This document shows, one piece after another, positions 37,460-46,763 of a stretch of DNA of 64,000 nt. The stretch's first letter is position 1, and the number at the start of each line of letters is the position of its first letter. The notes beneath the pieces are model-generated. The model was given only the letters and a program-made list of their open reading frames with translations. It searched no databases and was not told the DNA's origin. The stretch lies in the sequence record PQ287320.1. The stretch is one strand, 5' to 3'. Made by a program: the position numbers and the translations under genes.

Positions 37460-37712
37460 AGGTGATCCTGTAGGGAAGGCCGCCCACGCAGATTTTGCCC
37501 TGCCGGCCGTCAGCGGTGGTGAAGCGATAGCCCTGACGCCCCTTGGTCCCGGCACAGGACCACCATGCGCGGTGGAAACTGACCACCTCAACGCCGGCGT
37601 CGCGCTCGACCAGATGACGGGCGTGACGCCCCTCCCAGGTGCAGGCCAGGATGCCGATGGCGGCGAAGCCCAGGAACAGGAGGGTGATGACCCAGACAGG
37701 AAAGCCGCGCAT
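37449..37712 (-). CDS. membrane-anchored protein
   Basis: N-terminal TM segment. Confidence 0.6.
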   Translation of the reverse strand: MRGFPVWVITLLFLGFAAIGILACTWEGRHARHLVERDAGVEVVSFHRAWWSCAGTKGRQGYRFTTADGRQGKICVGGLPYRITYGR

Positions 37713-38146
37713 CAGTCCTCGTCGTCCCCTTCGGGCAAGCGGAAGGCCTTGCCCGTTGCGGGGTCGGCCGGCGTGATGTAGACCTCCTGGCCCTGCTTGG
37801 CGAAGGTCCAGTGGCCGGCGAAATAGCCGTCCTGGTCGACGTTGATCACCCCCGCCGCCAGGGCGCCCAGGAGGAGCATGGTCGTCTTGCCGCCGGCGTG
37901 GTAGGCGAAGCCCCCGCGATCCTTCAAGGTGAAGGTGACGCTGCTGCGTCCGCGCCCGTAGCCCCCGATCTTCAGAGCCGTGGCGATGATCCGGTTGTTG
38001 ACCTCGCGGTAGTCGACTTCGCGACGCCAGTCGTTGCCATACCAGCCGGTCCGGACGCGGACGTGCCCGTCCTGGTCGGTGAAGACATGGAGGTTCCAGG
38101 CCTTGTTGGCGGGAAGCTCCTTGATCAGGGTGTAGGGCGCGGTCAA
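37712..38146 (-). CDS. hypothetical protein
   Basis: 144-aa ORF. Confidence 0.7.
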   Translation of the reverse strand: MTAPYTLIKELPANKAWNLHVFTDQDGHVRVRTGWYGNDWRREVDYREVNNRIIATALKIGGYGRGRSSVTFTLKDRGGFAYHAGGKTTMLLLGALAAGVINVDQDGYFAGHWTFAKQGQEVYITPADPATGKAFRLPEGDDED

Positions 38147-38517
38147 GCCGCCAGCCCCTCGATCACCGTGTTGACCACGCGGCGCTTGCCGGCGGGGATC
38201 GCCGCCAGGGCCAGGATCAGGTCGGCGCCGACCTCGGCGACCGCCGACTCGATGTCGGCCCGCCCATCGATCAGGAACGCCGCGTCATCCACCGGCGGGT
38301 AGAAGTAGGCGATCGGCTGCTTGAGGAACTGGGCCGCCTCGTAGAGCTTGGAGGACGAGATACGGTTGGCGCCGCGCTCGTACTTCTGGATTTGCTGGAA
38401 GGTGATCCCCAGCGCTTCGGCGAGATCGCCCTGCGAGTGGCCGGCGGCCTTGCGGGCGTTGCGCAGGCGCTGACCCACATAGAGGTCCACCGGGTGCGGG
38501 TTCTTTTCGTCAGCCAT
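38143..38517 (-). CDS. XRE-family HTH transcription factor (alphaproteobacterial type)
   Basis: HPVDLYVGQRLR..SQGDLAEALGITFQQIQKYERGANRISSSKLY..PIAYFY. Confidence 0.9.
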   Translation of the reverse strand: MADEKNPHPVDLYVGQRLRNARKAAGHSQGDLAEALGITFQQIQKYERGANRISSSKLYEAAQFLKQPIAYFYPPVDDAAFLIDGRADIESAVAEVGADLILALAAIPAGKRRVVNTVIEGLAA

Positions 38518-39490
38518 GGGCGGCTTCCTCTTTCTGTTTCTGTTGTCGCGCCTTGCGGCGATGGAGAGCCGCCGCCCGCAGCATGAGGGTTTCGGTGTCG
38601 TGCGCACCGAGGTCCAGGCCATCGGGCGCGACCACGGAGTTTTGCAGGCCGAACCGGTAGCCTTCCTTCTCCAAGGTCCAGATGTCATGCTCTTGCTGCA
38701 TCTGGGCGAGGTGGCGGTAATAGGCGGCCAGCACCAGGGCGCGATCGCCCTTGCAGACGCGCTCCTGGCGCTCCTTGCCCGCCACCAGGGCGTGGAAGGT
38801 CAGGAGGTATTCCGAGCCGTGGTCGACCAGTTGGTAGCCGTTTCCGGCCAGCACCTCCTCGACGGTCTTGGTGACTGTGTAGATGTGGTAGGTGTAGACC
38901 GCGTCGATGTGCTTGTCGTCGTAGAGGTACTCGTACTGGGGATTTTGATTGCCGATGTACGGACCCCACTTGTGGTAGCGCCAGCCGCCGTTCGGCTCCT
39001 GGTGTTCGCGCCGCACCTCGCACATCGAGATGAAGTAGCGCGTGTCCGGGTCGTCGATCAGGTCCGGGATGCAGGCCAGAAGCTGCTCGGGGCCGTCGCA
39101 GACGCCGTAGCTCTCGACAAGGCCGGCGATGCGGCTATAGCCCTCCGCCACCGGCGGGGCGTCCTCATCGTCGGGGTGGACGACCTCGATCTTGTACTTG
39201 TCGTGGAGCAGCTTGATCCGCGCCTCGCGGCGCTCGCCGTCGGCCTTGAACCACGCGGTGAGCCGCGCGCTGCGCTCGTCCTGGGTCAGGCCGGGCTCGT
39301 ACTCCGGACCCCAGCGGTGGTCGAGTTCCTTGATCTCCTCGACGATCTCGAACTCGGGGTTCCACGATCCCATCGAGTAGACGCCCTGGTGGAGGCGAAT
39401 GGGGGTGCGGACGCGCTGGTTCATCTCGGCGATCATCTTGGCGATCGGGTCGACGTCGGCCACCGGGCGCAGGGTGATGTCGTACAGCAT
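38510..39490 (-). CDS. hypothetical protein
   Basis: MLYDITLR; GGWRYHKWGPYIG motif. Confidence 0.75.
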   Translation of the reverse strand: MLYDITLRPVADVDPIAKMIAEMNQRVRTPIRLHQGVYSMGSWNPEFEIVEEIKELDHRWGPEYEPGLTQDERSARLTAWFKADGERREARIKLLHDKYKIEVVHPDDEDAPPVAEGYSRIAGLVESYGVCDGPEQLLACIPDLIDDPDTRYFISMCEVRREHQEPNGGWRYHKWGPYIGNQNPQYEYLYDDKHIDAVYTYHIYTVTKTVEEVLAGNGYQLVDHGSEYLLTFHALVAGKERQERVCKGDRALVLAAYYRHLAQMQQEHDIWTLEKEGYRFGLQNSVVAPDGLDLGAHDTETLMLRAAALHRRKARQQKQKEEAAHG

Positions 39491-39771
39491 CAGGCGGCTC
39501 CTTCCGCGATCTCGTAGGTGATCTTGGAGACGCCGATGGCGACCACGAAGCGATCGGGCGAGCCGTCGAACACGTAGTTGGCCTGACACCCGATCGGCAT
39601 CATCTTGCCGTTGTCCATCCAGATCGCGTCAGGCGTCGCCTGGACCACGCCCCGGACCTGCCCCTGCTCGGGCGTCGGCTGCATGTCCACGCCGCCGACA
39701 TTGATCCCCACGGCGGCGATCCGCGCGCCGGGGCGGTTGAGCTTGGCGATCAGGTCCTGGATCGAGGTCAC
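39490..39771 (-). CDS. hypothetical protein
   Basis: GTG start after AAGGAG. Confidence 0.7.
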   Translation of the reverse strand: MTSIQDLIAKLNRPGARIAAVGINVGGVDMQPTPEQGQVRGVVQATPDAIWMDNGKMMPIGCQANYVFDGSPDRFVVAIGVSKITYEIAEGAA

Positions 39772-39772
39772 G

Positions 39773-39844
39773 AGGTCTCCTTGTGTCGTTGTGTCGACCT
39801 TGTTCTAGGGGGAGTTTATGGGCCTGTCAACACACAACCGCCAA
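39773..39844 (-). promoter_or_regulatory. promoter-leader cassette (variant leader)
   Basis: TTGGCGGTTGTGTGTTGACA..TAGAAC-AAGGTC-GACACAACGACACAAGGA-GACCT. Confidence 0.75.
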
Positions 39845-39848
39845 GGCC

Positions 39849-39881
39849 AAAAGAAAACCGCCGCCCCGAAGGACGGCGGTT
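39849..39881 (-). terminator. intrinsic terminator
   Basis: AACCGCCG/CGGCGGTT stem + TTTTCTTTT. Confidence 0.75.
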
Positions 39882-39909
39882 CCCAACCTCTGCCGTTTGG
39901 GAGGGCCGG

Positions 39910-41765
39910 CTAGAGGTCGAGGGCGTAGGCGTAGATCGCCGCGTTGGTCGGAGAGACGTTCGTCCGGGTGATGAACCCACGCCCCTCCAGGGCGTCCAGG
40001 GCCTTGCGGACGTGGTACTTGGAGACCTGGGACTTGGCGACGATCTCCTCCACGCGGAACGCGTCCTTCTGGAGGTAATGCTTGATCGACAGTTCGTTGA
40101 GCGCCTCGATCACCGCCCCGGCGGGGGTCAGTTCATAGTGCTGGGGATAGTTGATGTCCTCGCTTCGGCGGATCAGCCCCTCGGCCTGGAGGTCTTGGAT
40201 CAGCGCCAGGAGGCGATCGGCCTTCACGTAGCCCACCGAGCCATGGATGTCCTCGAACGAGGCCGGCTGGTTGGCGGCGACGGCGTCGATCACCGACAGC
40301 AGGGCGACACCCGGCAGCGAGGAGACGCTCAGTTCCTCGTCGAACGAGCCTTCGCTCGGCATGGCCCGCGCCTCGAAGACGTGACCCAAGTCGGCCTCTT
40401 CGCCGCTGGACTGGATGATCTCGATCGCCAGGGTGAAGGCCTCCTTGGGAAGGCCTTCCAGCTTGAAGCTGTAGGTCCCGTCAGGGTTCGGCGGCAGGTC
40501 CGAGAACGAAGCGGCGGCCTCGGCGAAACCGTTCTTGTCCCAGGCGTCCAGGATCGCGGTCCAGATCGTCGCGGGCATGTCGCGGGAACTGAAGACCAGA
40601 GAATCCCCGTCGGTGAGGTCGTCGGCGATCTTCAGGGCCTCGCTGGCGCTGACGGCGTTGAAGCCGCCCACGACGCCGCTGCGAGCCGCCTCGATGAGGT
40701 CAGCCGCCGTGGCGGTGTCCAGACCTTCGAACTGGGTCTCCGGCTCGGGCTCCGAGCCCAGGCGAGCCTTTAAGGCTTCGAGGTCCTCGTCCAGGCCCTC
40801 GGTGTCGAGCCGGAGCGCCAGGACCAGGGGCTTGGGCCGGGCGCCGAACTCTACGCCGGTGATCGTGGTCATGCCGTCGCGCTTGACGATCTCCAGGTTG
40901 GCGAAGCGGGCGCTCTCGTTGAGCACGCGGAAGCGGTCGAGCACGAGGCCCTCGACATTGGCCGCCGAGACGATGCCGTCCTCGACCAGGAACAGCAGTT
41001 CGCTGTCCTGGTCGTCAGCGTAGCCCAGCTTGTAGCCGAGGTCTTCGACGGCGCCGACGACAGGTTCGACCGTCACGTCTTGCTCGAAGGGCGGGCTCGC
41101 CTCGGCGGCGGCGGGTTCGGGGGTGTCGGTCACGACGGGCTTCTCCGGATAGGTGATGGATTGGATGTCGGTGAGGCGGATCGCCAGGGCCTTGGCCGGG
41201 AGCAACATCTCGGCGACGAAGCGACCCTCGGTGTCCGACCAGCAGACCTTGTCGATCTCGCCCGACTGGGGCTCGCCGTTCCAGGCGTTTTCGAAGGTCA
41301 CGGTTGCGCCCTTCAGGTGGTGGGTGAAGACGGCGGCGAACTGCATGAGGTCCTGGCGCGAGGCCGGTCGGACCTCCCGCAGGGGTAGGAGTGCATGATG
41401 CCCGGTCGGGCGTCCTCGACCTCGACGAAGATCGGGCCATGGTCGGCGTGGAACCGCTTGGCGTAGCCGATCGACGGGCCGCCCATCGTATTGACGATCA
41501 CCGGCAGGGCCGAGAACTTGTGGTGCAGGCGGTCGATGTAGTCGTGCGGGTAGAGGGTCGTCGTGTAGATCAGGGTGTCCCCGCGCCGCACGCCGCTGTA
41601 GTCGACGATCCCCAGGCGCGCCGACACCCCGCGCGGGAGGTGGGGCCGATCAACGAAGATTTGCCCGTCGTGGACCGGCGGCGAGACGCCCTCGATATAG
41701 GGCATGACCTCGCTGTAGGACGTCGACCATGCGGGCCTGACCCGGTCGTAGAAGCTCTCGAACAC
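39910..41765 (-). CDS. large acidic protein with tandem C-terminal winged-helix-like segments (apparent deletion at 41382-41385)
   Basis: frames 41313-41765 and 39910-41346 join on restoring one C; LIQDLQAEGLIRR..YELT and ALDALEGRGFI segments. Confidence 0.6.
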
Positions 41766-41782
41766 GTTGTTCCTTTCTGGGC

Positions 41783-42202
41783 TCAGACCGTGTAGGCCGC
41801 GCCGGCGTCGGTGAGGATGTAGGTTTTGGGGCCGTTGGGCGACTTGGCTTGGGACACCAGCTTGACGAGGCCCTTCTTCTCCAGCGCCTCGGCGGCCTCC
41901 CAGTCGGGATTGTCGAAGAAGACATTGACCCGACTGCCCGGCTCCATGATCCGCAAGGACATCAGGAGGCTAAAGGCCCGAGGGCTGAGCGCCGGATCGA
42001 CCTTGACGCGGCGCGCATCCAGGTCGACCACGTGAACGACACCCTCATGCTCCACCTCGACGATCGCGAGGTAATAGGTCGTCCCCTGAACCACGGCGAG
42101 GCACGTCCCCCGCAAGGTATCGGGCGCGCCCTGGATGTGGTCGTTGGGGATGAGAACCTCGCGGCTCTTCATGTCGTGGTGAAAACGCGAGGCGATCGTC
42201 AC
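41783..42202 (-). CDS. hypothetical protein
   Basis: 139-aa ORF; LEKKGLVKL..YILTDAG. Confidence 0.65.
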   Translation of the reverse strand: MTIASRFHHDMKSREVLIPNDHIQGAPDTLRGTCLAVVQGTTYYLAIVEVEHEGVVHVVDLDARRVKVDPALSPRAFSLLMSLRIMEPGSRVNVFFDNPDWEAAEALEKKGLVKLVSQAKSPNGPKTYILTDAGAAYTV

Positions 42203-42438
42203 GCGGCGGCGTCCTTCTTGTGGGCGGTGAAGAAGAATTCATCGTGGATGCGGCCGTCGGCGGTGATCTCGTAGTCGGGGCCGAGTTCAGCCAGGACCCG
42301 CGCCTCGATCTCGGCGAAGTCGATGTTGGCCATCGCCTGCTCCGCCGCGAACGCCTGCCTGATCCTCGCGCCCGCTTCGGTGCGGATCGGGATGTTCTGA
42401 AGCGGCGGCTCGGACTTGGTGAGGCGCTCGCCCATCAT
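42199..42438 (-). CDS. 79-aa protein composed of family-A DNA polymerase palm motifs
   Basis: RLTKSEPPLQNIPIRTEAGARIRQAF..IDFAEIEARVLA..IHDEFFF; SD GGAG, ATGA overlap with gcrA and GTGA overlap with the downstream gene. Confidence 0.7.
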   Translation of the reverse strand: MMGERLTKSEPPLQNIPIRTEAGARIRQAFAAEQAMANIDFAEIEARVLAELGPDYEITADGRIHDEFFFTAHKKDAAA

Positions 42439-42977
42439 GCCCTCCGGCGGGTGTAGACGCGCATCGGTCGGGTGGCGGCGCGGCGCTCGGGCGGGACATA
42501 GGCAACCCTGGCGTGGCTGATGCAGTAGACGCCGTAGTCGGCGCGGCACCCGCAATGACCAAAGTCGGCCTGGGTTGGGTCCCCGTAGGGCCAGCGGCAC
42601 ATCCCGCGCTTGAGGTCCAGGGTGGCGACCACCGTCTCGGGGCGCGCCGGCAGGGCGGCTTGACCCTCGGGGACCAGTTCGATCTTGGGCTTGAGCGGCT
42701 CGGGCGGTTTTTCGATCTTGGGCTTCTCGGCCTTGGCCTTGGGCTTGCGGACCTTCTTGACCTGGATGCCGAGCCCCCGCGTCTTCTTGCGGGACTCCGG
42801 CGCGGTGTAGGGCTTGGGACCCAGGCCCAGGCGATCGGCCTTGCCGATCACGGCGCTGCGGGTCCGCCGGACGCTGAGCGCCATGCCGATCTTCTGGGCC
42901 GAGCCGGGCTCGAACCACATCTTCTTCAGAAGGGCGACATCCTCGTCGGTCCAGCCGGACTTGCTGTACTTCACCAC
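42435..42977 (-). CDS. gcrA: GcrA cell-cycle regulator homologue
   Basis: WTDEDVALLKKMW..SAQKI..TRSAVIGKADRLGL; LDLKRGMCRWPYGDP..FGHCG..YC..H...AY. Confidence 0.9.
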   Translation of the reverse strand: MVKYSKSGWTDEDVALLKKMWFEPGSAQKIGMALSVRRTRSAVIGKADRLGLGPKPYTAPESRKKTRGLGIQVKKVRKPKAKAEKPKIEKPPEPLKPKIELVPEGQAALPARPETVVATLDLKRGMCRWPYGDPTQADFGHCGCRADYGVYCISHARVAYVPPERRAATRPMRVYTRRRA

Positions 42978-42985
42978 CTTGAACG

Positions 42986-43168
42986 CTACTCCTTCGCGGC
43001 CTTCGGCGCCCGCTTGGGCGGGGCGTCAGGAACAAAAACCAGGGCGACTTGCGAGCCGCCGGTGTAAAAGGTGCGCCGGCTATAGAGCCAGCCGCCGTCG
43101 ATCTTCAGGCGCTCGGTCTGATTGCCGTCGCCCTCGTCGAGCTTCTCCCATTTCGTCTTCTTGGCCAT
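42986..43168 (-). CDS. hypothetical protein
   Basis: TERLKIDGGWLY..ALVFVP; first gene of the left arm. Confidence 0.7.
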   Translation of the reverse strand: MAKKTKWEKLDEGDGNQTERLKIDGGWLYSRRTFYTGGSQVALVFVPDAPPKRAPKAAKE

Positions 43169-43219
43169 CTCGCCTCTCGAAATCGCCGGCACCCTAAAGG
43201 GGGAGCGAAGTGTTGACAA
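43169..43219 (-). promoter_or_regulatory. leftward promoter at the divergence point
   Basis: TTGTCA-N17-TAGGGT. Confidence 0.5.
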
Positions 43220-43230
43220 GAGGAATTGTG

Positions 43231-43296
43231 TTGGCTGTCGAGTGTTGACAGCTTCCCGTTCGACGTGTAGGAGGGCCATGACGACAACGAAGGAGG
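43231..43296 (+). promoter_or_regulatory. promoter-leader cassette
   Basis: TTGGCTGTCGAGTGTTGACA-N17-TAGGAG..GACGACAACGAAGGAGG. Confidence 0.85.
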
Positions 43297-43302
43297 TCCG
43301 CC

Positions 43303-43608
43303 ATGCGCTATGTTCTCGACTATGCCGACGGGCAGGACAAGCCGGTCTACACCGATTTCCAGGCCGCCGATCGCAAGGCGGCCATCGCCAAGGCCAAGCG
43401 TCTGCTCACCAAGGCGATCAAGACCGCCGACTTCTCGCTGCACGGGGCCTACATCTTCGTCGATCCGACGGGCGTCGCCCGCGATGTCGACGGCATGATC
43501 CCGTTCGGGATGTTGAGCACGATGGCCTACGCCAGCATCATCACGCCGGCGATGATCTCGTTCGACGACAGCGACGCCAAGGCGGCGATCGCCGCGAGGC
43601 TCGCCTGA
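43303..43608 (+). CDS. hypothetical protein
   Basis: first gene of the right arm. Confidence 0.75.
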   Translation: MRYVLDYADGQDKPVYTDFQAADRKAAIAKAKRLLTKAIKTADFSLHGAYIFVDPTGVARDVDGMIPFGMLSTMAYASIITPAMISFDDSDAKAAIAARLA

Positions 43609-43880
43609 TGAACACCTTCTTCCTGCGGCAGACCAAGCGGGACGAGCAGGGTCGACGCTACTTCGAGTTCGTCGATCCTGACCTGACCCAGCGCCTCTAT
43701 GTCCGCAAGCCGCCGGATGACTGGTCCCAGGGCTTCCCGATCGTCCTGGAGGACTTCATCGACGGCAAGCCCGCCGGCTCTGTCATCTGCCCGGCCGGGA
43801 AGAAGCAGGGCCACGGCTTCGCGGCCTTCTTCAAGGCCAATCCCAAGGACCTCAAGAAGCTCAAGAAAGGCCGCCGATGA
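43608..43880 (+). CDS. hypothetical protein
   Basis: TGATG coupling; MNTFFLRQ. Confidence 0.7.
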   Translation: MNTFFLRQTKRDEQGRRYFEFVDPDLTQRLYVRKPPDDWSQGFPIVLEDFIDGKPAGSVICPAGKKQGHGFAAFFKANPKDLKKLKKGRR

Positions 43881-44134
43881 GAATTCCCCAGCCCGTCGAG
43901 TTCACCGTCGCTGATCTCGTCGCCCACCTTCTCACCCTGCCCCAGGACGCCAAGGTCGGCGTGCGCGGCGGGTTCGGCGGCTTCCGCCCGCTCGACGAGA
44001 TCGCCCCGATCGAACTCGTCACCTTCTATGGCGAGACCGACGTCGACCGCATGACGGTGGCGACGGCCGACCCCATCGCCGCCAACTGGAAGGGCAAGCG
44101 CGGCGAGCCCTTCAACGCTGTAATCCTGGATTAG
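43877..44134 (+). CDS. hypothetical protein
   Basis: 85-aa ORF. Confidence 0.7.
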   Translation: MRIPQPVEFTVADLVAHLLTLPQDAKVGVRGGFGGFRPLDEIAPIELVTFYGETDVDRMTVATADPIAANWKGKRGEPFNAVILD

Positions 44135-44142
44135 GAGGACCC

Positions 44143-44388
44143 ATGTCGCAACGTGTCTGGATCGAACTCGAAAAACCCAAGACCGCCGAGGAAGGCAAGG
44201 CGCGCGCCGCGCTCCTGTCGAAGATGCTCGGGCGCCTGGGCGTCGAGTACGGCCGCTATCCCGCCGTCTTCTGGAGCGAGCGGGATCACTGCTACTGCTT
44301 CACGCTCGACGGCAGCGGCATGTACGTCAACGCCCAGGACCCCGGTCACTGGTACAACCTCGACTTCCTGGCGGGCGCCGATGTCTGA
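44143..44388 (+). CDS. hypothetical protein
   Basis: SD GGAGG. Confidence 0.7.
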   Translation: MSQRVWIELEKPKTAEEGKARAALLSKMLGRLGVEYGRYPAVFWSERDHCYCFTLDGSGMYVNAQDPGHWYNLDFLAGADV

Positions 44389-44788
44389 CGTCTTCCCGCC
44401 GATCCGACCCCGCGACGCCAAGGATGACGAAGTCCACGGCTTCGTGGTCCGTTACGGCTGGTTCTGGAACGTGACCCTGCTGAACGGCACGATCCTGGCC
44501 TTCGATCCCGACGACGTCGACCCCTGCCGCTACGGCGTCACCGACAAAGACGCCTTCCGCAACCTCGCCGGCCCGCCCGAGACGATTGCCGCCTACGAGT
44601 GCGTCCAGGGTTGGCATGCCAAGGCCCGGCACCTCTCGGGCTGGACCGAGAAGCACGAGGATCGGCTCGAAGCCCTGCGGACCGCCTATCGCCGCCTGGA
44701 GGCCGAGCGCGCCGAGAACTCCCGGCGGCTGGAAGCCTACGAGGCCGAGCACGGGTCGATCTTCAAGTTCATCGAAAAGCAGGACTGA
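44381..44788 (+). CDS. hypothetical protein
   Basis: MSDVFPPIRP. Confidence 0.7.
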   Translation: MSDVFPPIRPRDAKDDEVHGFVVRYGWFWNVTLLNGTILAFDPDDVDPCRYGVTDKDAFRNLAGPPETIAAYECVQGWHAKARHLSGWTEKHEDRLEALRTAYRRLEAERAENSRRLEAYEAEHGSIFKFIEKQD

Positions 44789-44967
44789 TGGACCCAGACG
44801 AGGTCGCCTTCGCCCAGCGGATCGAGTCGATGGAACGCCTGAGGAAGCACCTCAAGGCGGCCGGCGATCTCGTGAAGCTGGCGGAGGTCGACGGGTGGTT
44901 CCGCGACCATGCGGCGGTGATCCGCCGCATCCGGTTCCAGGCCGAGGACGCAGCGTTCGACAATTAG
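44788..44967 (+). CDS. hypothetical protein
   Basis: TGATG coupling. Confidence 0.6.
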   Translation: MDPDEVAFAQRIESMERLRKHLKAAGDLVKLAEVDGWFRDHAAVIRRIRFQAEDAAFDN

Positions 44968-45035
44968 TTGGCGTTAGAGTGTTGACAGCCTTCTGAGAGG
45001 CGTGTAGATGCACATTCGACGACAGCGAAAGGAGC
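44968..45035 (+). promoter_or_regulatory. promoter-leader cassette
   Basis: TTGGCGTTAGAGTGTTGACA-N17-TAGATG..CGACGACAGCGAAAGGAG. Confidence 0.85.
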
Positions 45036-45040
45036 TTCCC

Positions 45041-46184
45041 TTGACCGATTTTCCGATCATCCGCGCCGCCATCTCGCCCCGCCGGGCCGCCCAGTTCGAC
45101 GCCGCCCTGGCGAACGTCAAGGCCTTCACCGAGGAAGGCGTCCTGATCAAGGCCGAATGGAACGACATCAAGGACACGTTCAGCCGCGCGATCGCCGAGA
45201 CCTGGGACGCCTTCAAGGACAAGGAATACTACCCCGCGCCCGCGAGGGCGAGCACGAGAACGTCGGCAAGCTCTACTGGGCGCTCCTGAGCCCCTATCCC
45301 CATGTCCTGGCCGGCTACCTCAAGAAGGCCCAGGACGCCAAGAACATCGAGCCGGCGATCCTGCGCGACTTCCCGATTGCCTTCTTCACCGAGGCCCTGC
45401 CGCTCAACGACATGCTGGTCGCGCTGAAGCCCCTGATCGGCAAGCGCGCGCCGAAGAAGACCAAGGTCCAGATCGAGCGCGAGGGCAAGGAGCGGACCTG
45501 TCAGGTCTGCGGTCGCGGCATCCTGGCCGAGAACGGCCGCATCGCTCACCACGGCTATCAGCGCCCCGGCATGGGCTATCAAACCGCCTCGTGCAGCGGC
45601 GCCCTGGAACTGCCTTTCGAGATCAGCCGTGACGCCCTGGGCGCCGACATCGAGAACCTGAAGGCCTACCGCGCCCGCCGGCAGGCCTATCGCTCCAGCG
45701 TCAACCTGGAATTGACCAGCCTGCCGGTCAAGTATCAGGTTTCCGAGCAGGACCCGCGCCGCGCGCCGGGCTTCAAGCACGTGGTCGACAAGATGATCCA
45801 CGTCACCCGCGCCGACTGGGACGCCCAGAAGGCCGCGACGCCCGAGGCCTTCGCCGGCAAGTACGGTCCCGTAAGCCCAACTACACCTATGAGCCCTTCA
45901 CCTTCGACGCCCTCAAGGCCCAGGTCCTGGGCGTTGTCGACGGCGAGATCGAGTTCATCACGGCCACGATCCGGGCGCAGCAGAAGCGCTATGACGCCTG
46001 GAAGCAGACGGCGATCTTCGAGCGCGGGCGCTACTGGATGATCGGCGAAGAAGTTCGCGCCCCGAACGGCGAGACTGGCAAGATCAAGGGCTTCTATGGC
46101 GACGTGAAGGGCGGTCTCTTCCTGGATCGGAACGCCGACGGCTTCCAGTCCTGGAACGTGGCGGAACTGGAGGCGCTTGCTTGA
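45041..46184 (+). CDS. hypothetical Zn-finger protein (apparent deletions at ~45240 and ~45869)
   Basis: TTG start after the SD; TCQVCGR..HHGY..C; three frames join. Confidence 0.65.
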
Positions 46185-46369
46185 CCATTACCGCCCACGT
46201 GGACTCCGTCCTGGCGCTTCAGACGCAAGCCGCCGACACCCTCAATCGGGTGATCAAAGAGCGCAACGCCGCCAGCGGGGCGAAGAAAACGCGCCTGCGT
46301 CGGCTGGCCCTGATCCTGGAGGACGTGATGGGTGCCTGTAACGACGCCGTGGAGGAGATGCGACGGTGA
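46181..46369 (+). CDS. hypothetical protein
   Basis: TTGA overlap. Confidence 0.6.
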   Translation: MTITAHVDSVLALQTQAADTLNRVIKERNAASGAKKTRLRRLALILEDVMGACNDAVEEMRR

Positions 46370-46763
46370 CCTTCGTTTCCAGCACCCAGCCCCACTGCCG
46401 CTGCTGCGCCAAGCCGATCAAGAAGCGCACGACGACCTATTGGTTCGGGTCGAGCCAGTATAAGGCCGACGGCTTTTCGGTCGACAAGGTCGAGAAGCCG
46501 CAATCGCGCGAAGAGGTCCAGCGCTGCGTCAACGGTCAGGTCGTCTCTTTCGAGTGGACGTTCAACTATGACTACGGGCCGGCGGCAAGCGGACCAGGGA
46601 GTATATCCGCAAGGCCAGCGTCTGGGACGGCGAGAGCTACGAGGACGAGTTCTTCTGCACCCTGCGGTGCGCCGCCTCGTTCGGACGCATGGCCGCCGCC
46701 GAGTTTCCTGGGGTCGAAACCCAGGCCTATTACGAGTTCAAGAAAGCCCAGAAGGAGGTCTGA
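46366..46763 (+). CDS. Cys-rich hypothetical protein (apparent deletion at ~46577)
   Basis: CRCC..FCTLRC. Confidence 0.6.

Noticed and set aside
232-42500. Many long plus-strand ORFs in the left arm (e.g. 1714-3399, 7074-8477, 11713-13164, 20325-21764) and minus-strand ORFs in the right arm (e.g. 48271-50055)
   Set aside because: Antisense shadows of real genes caused by high GC3 codon bias; no SD or promoter and no recognisable domains
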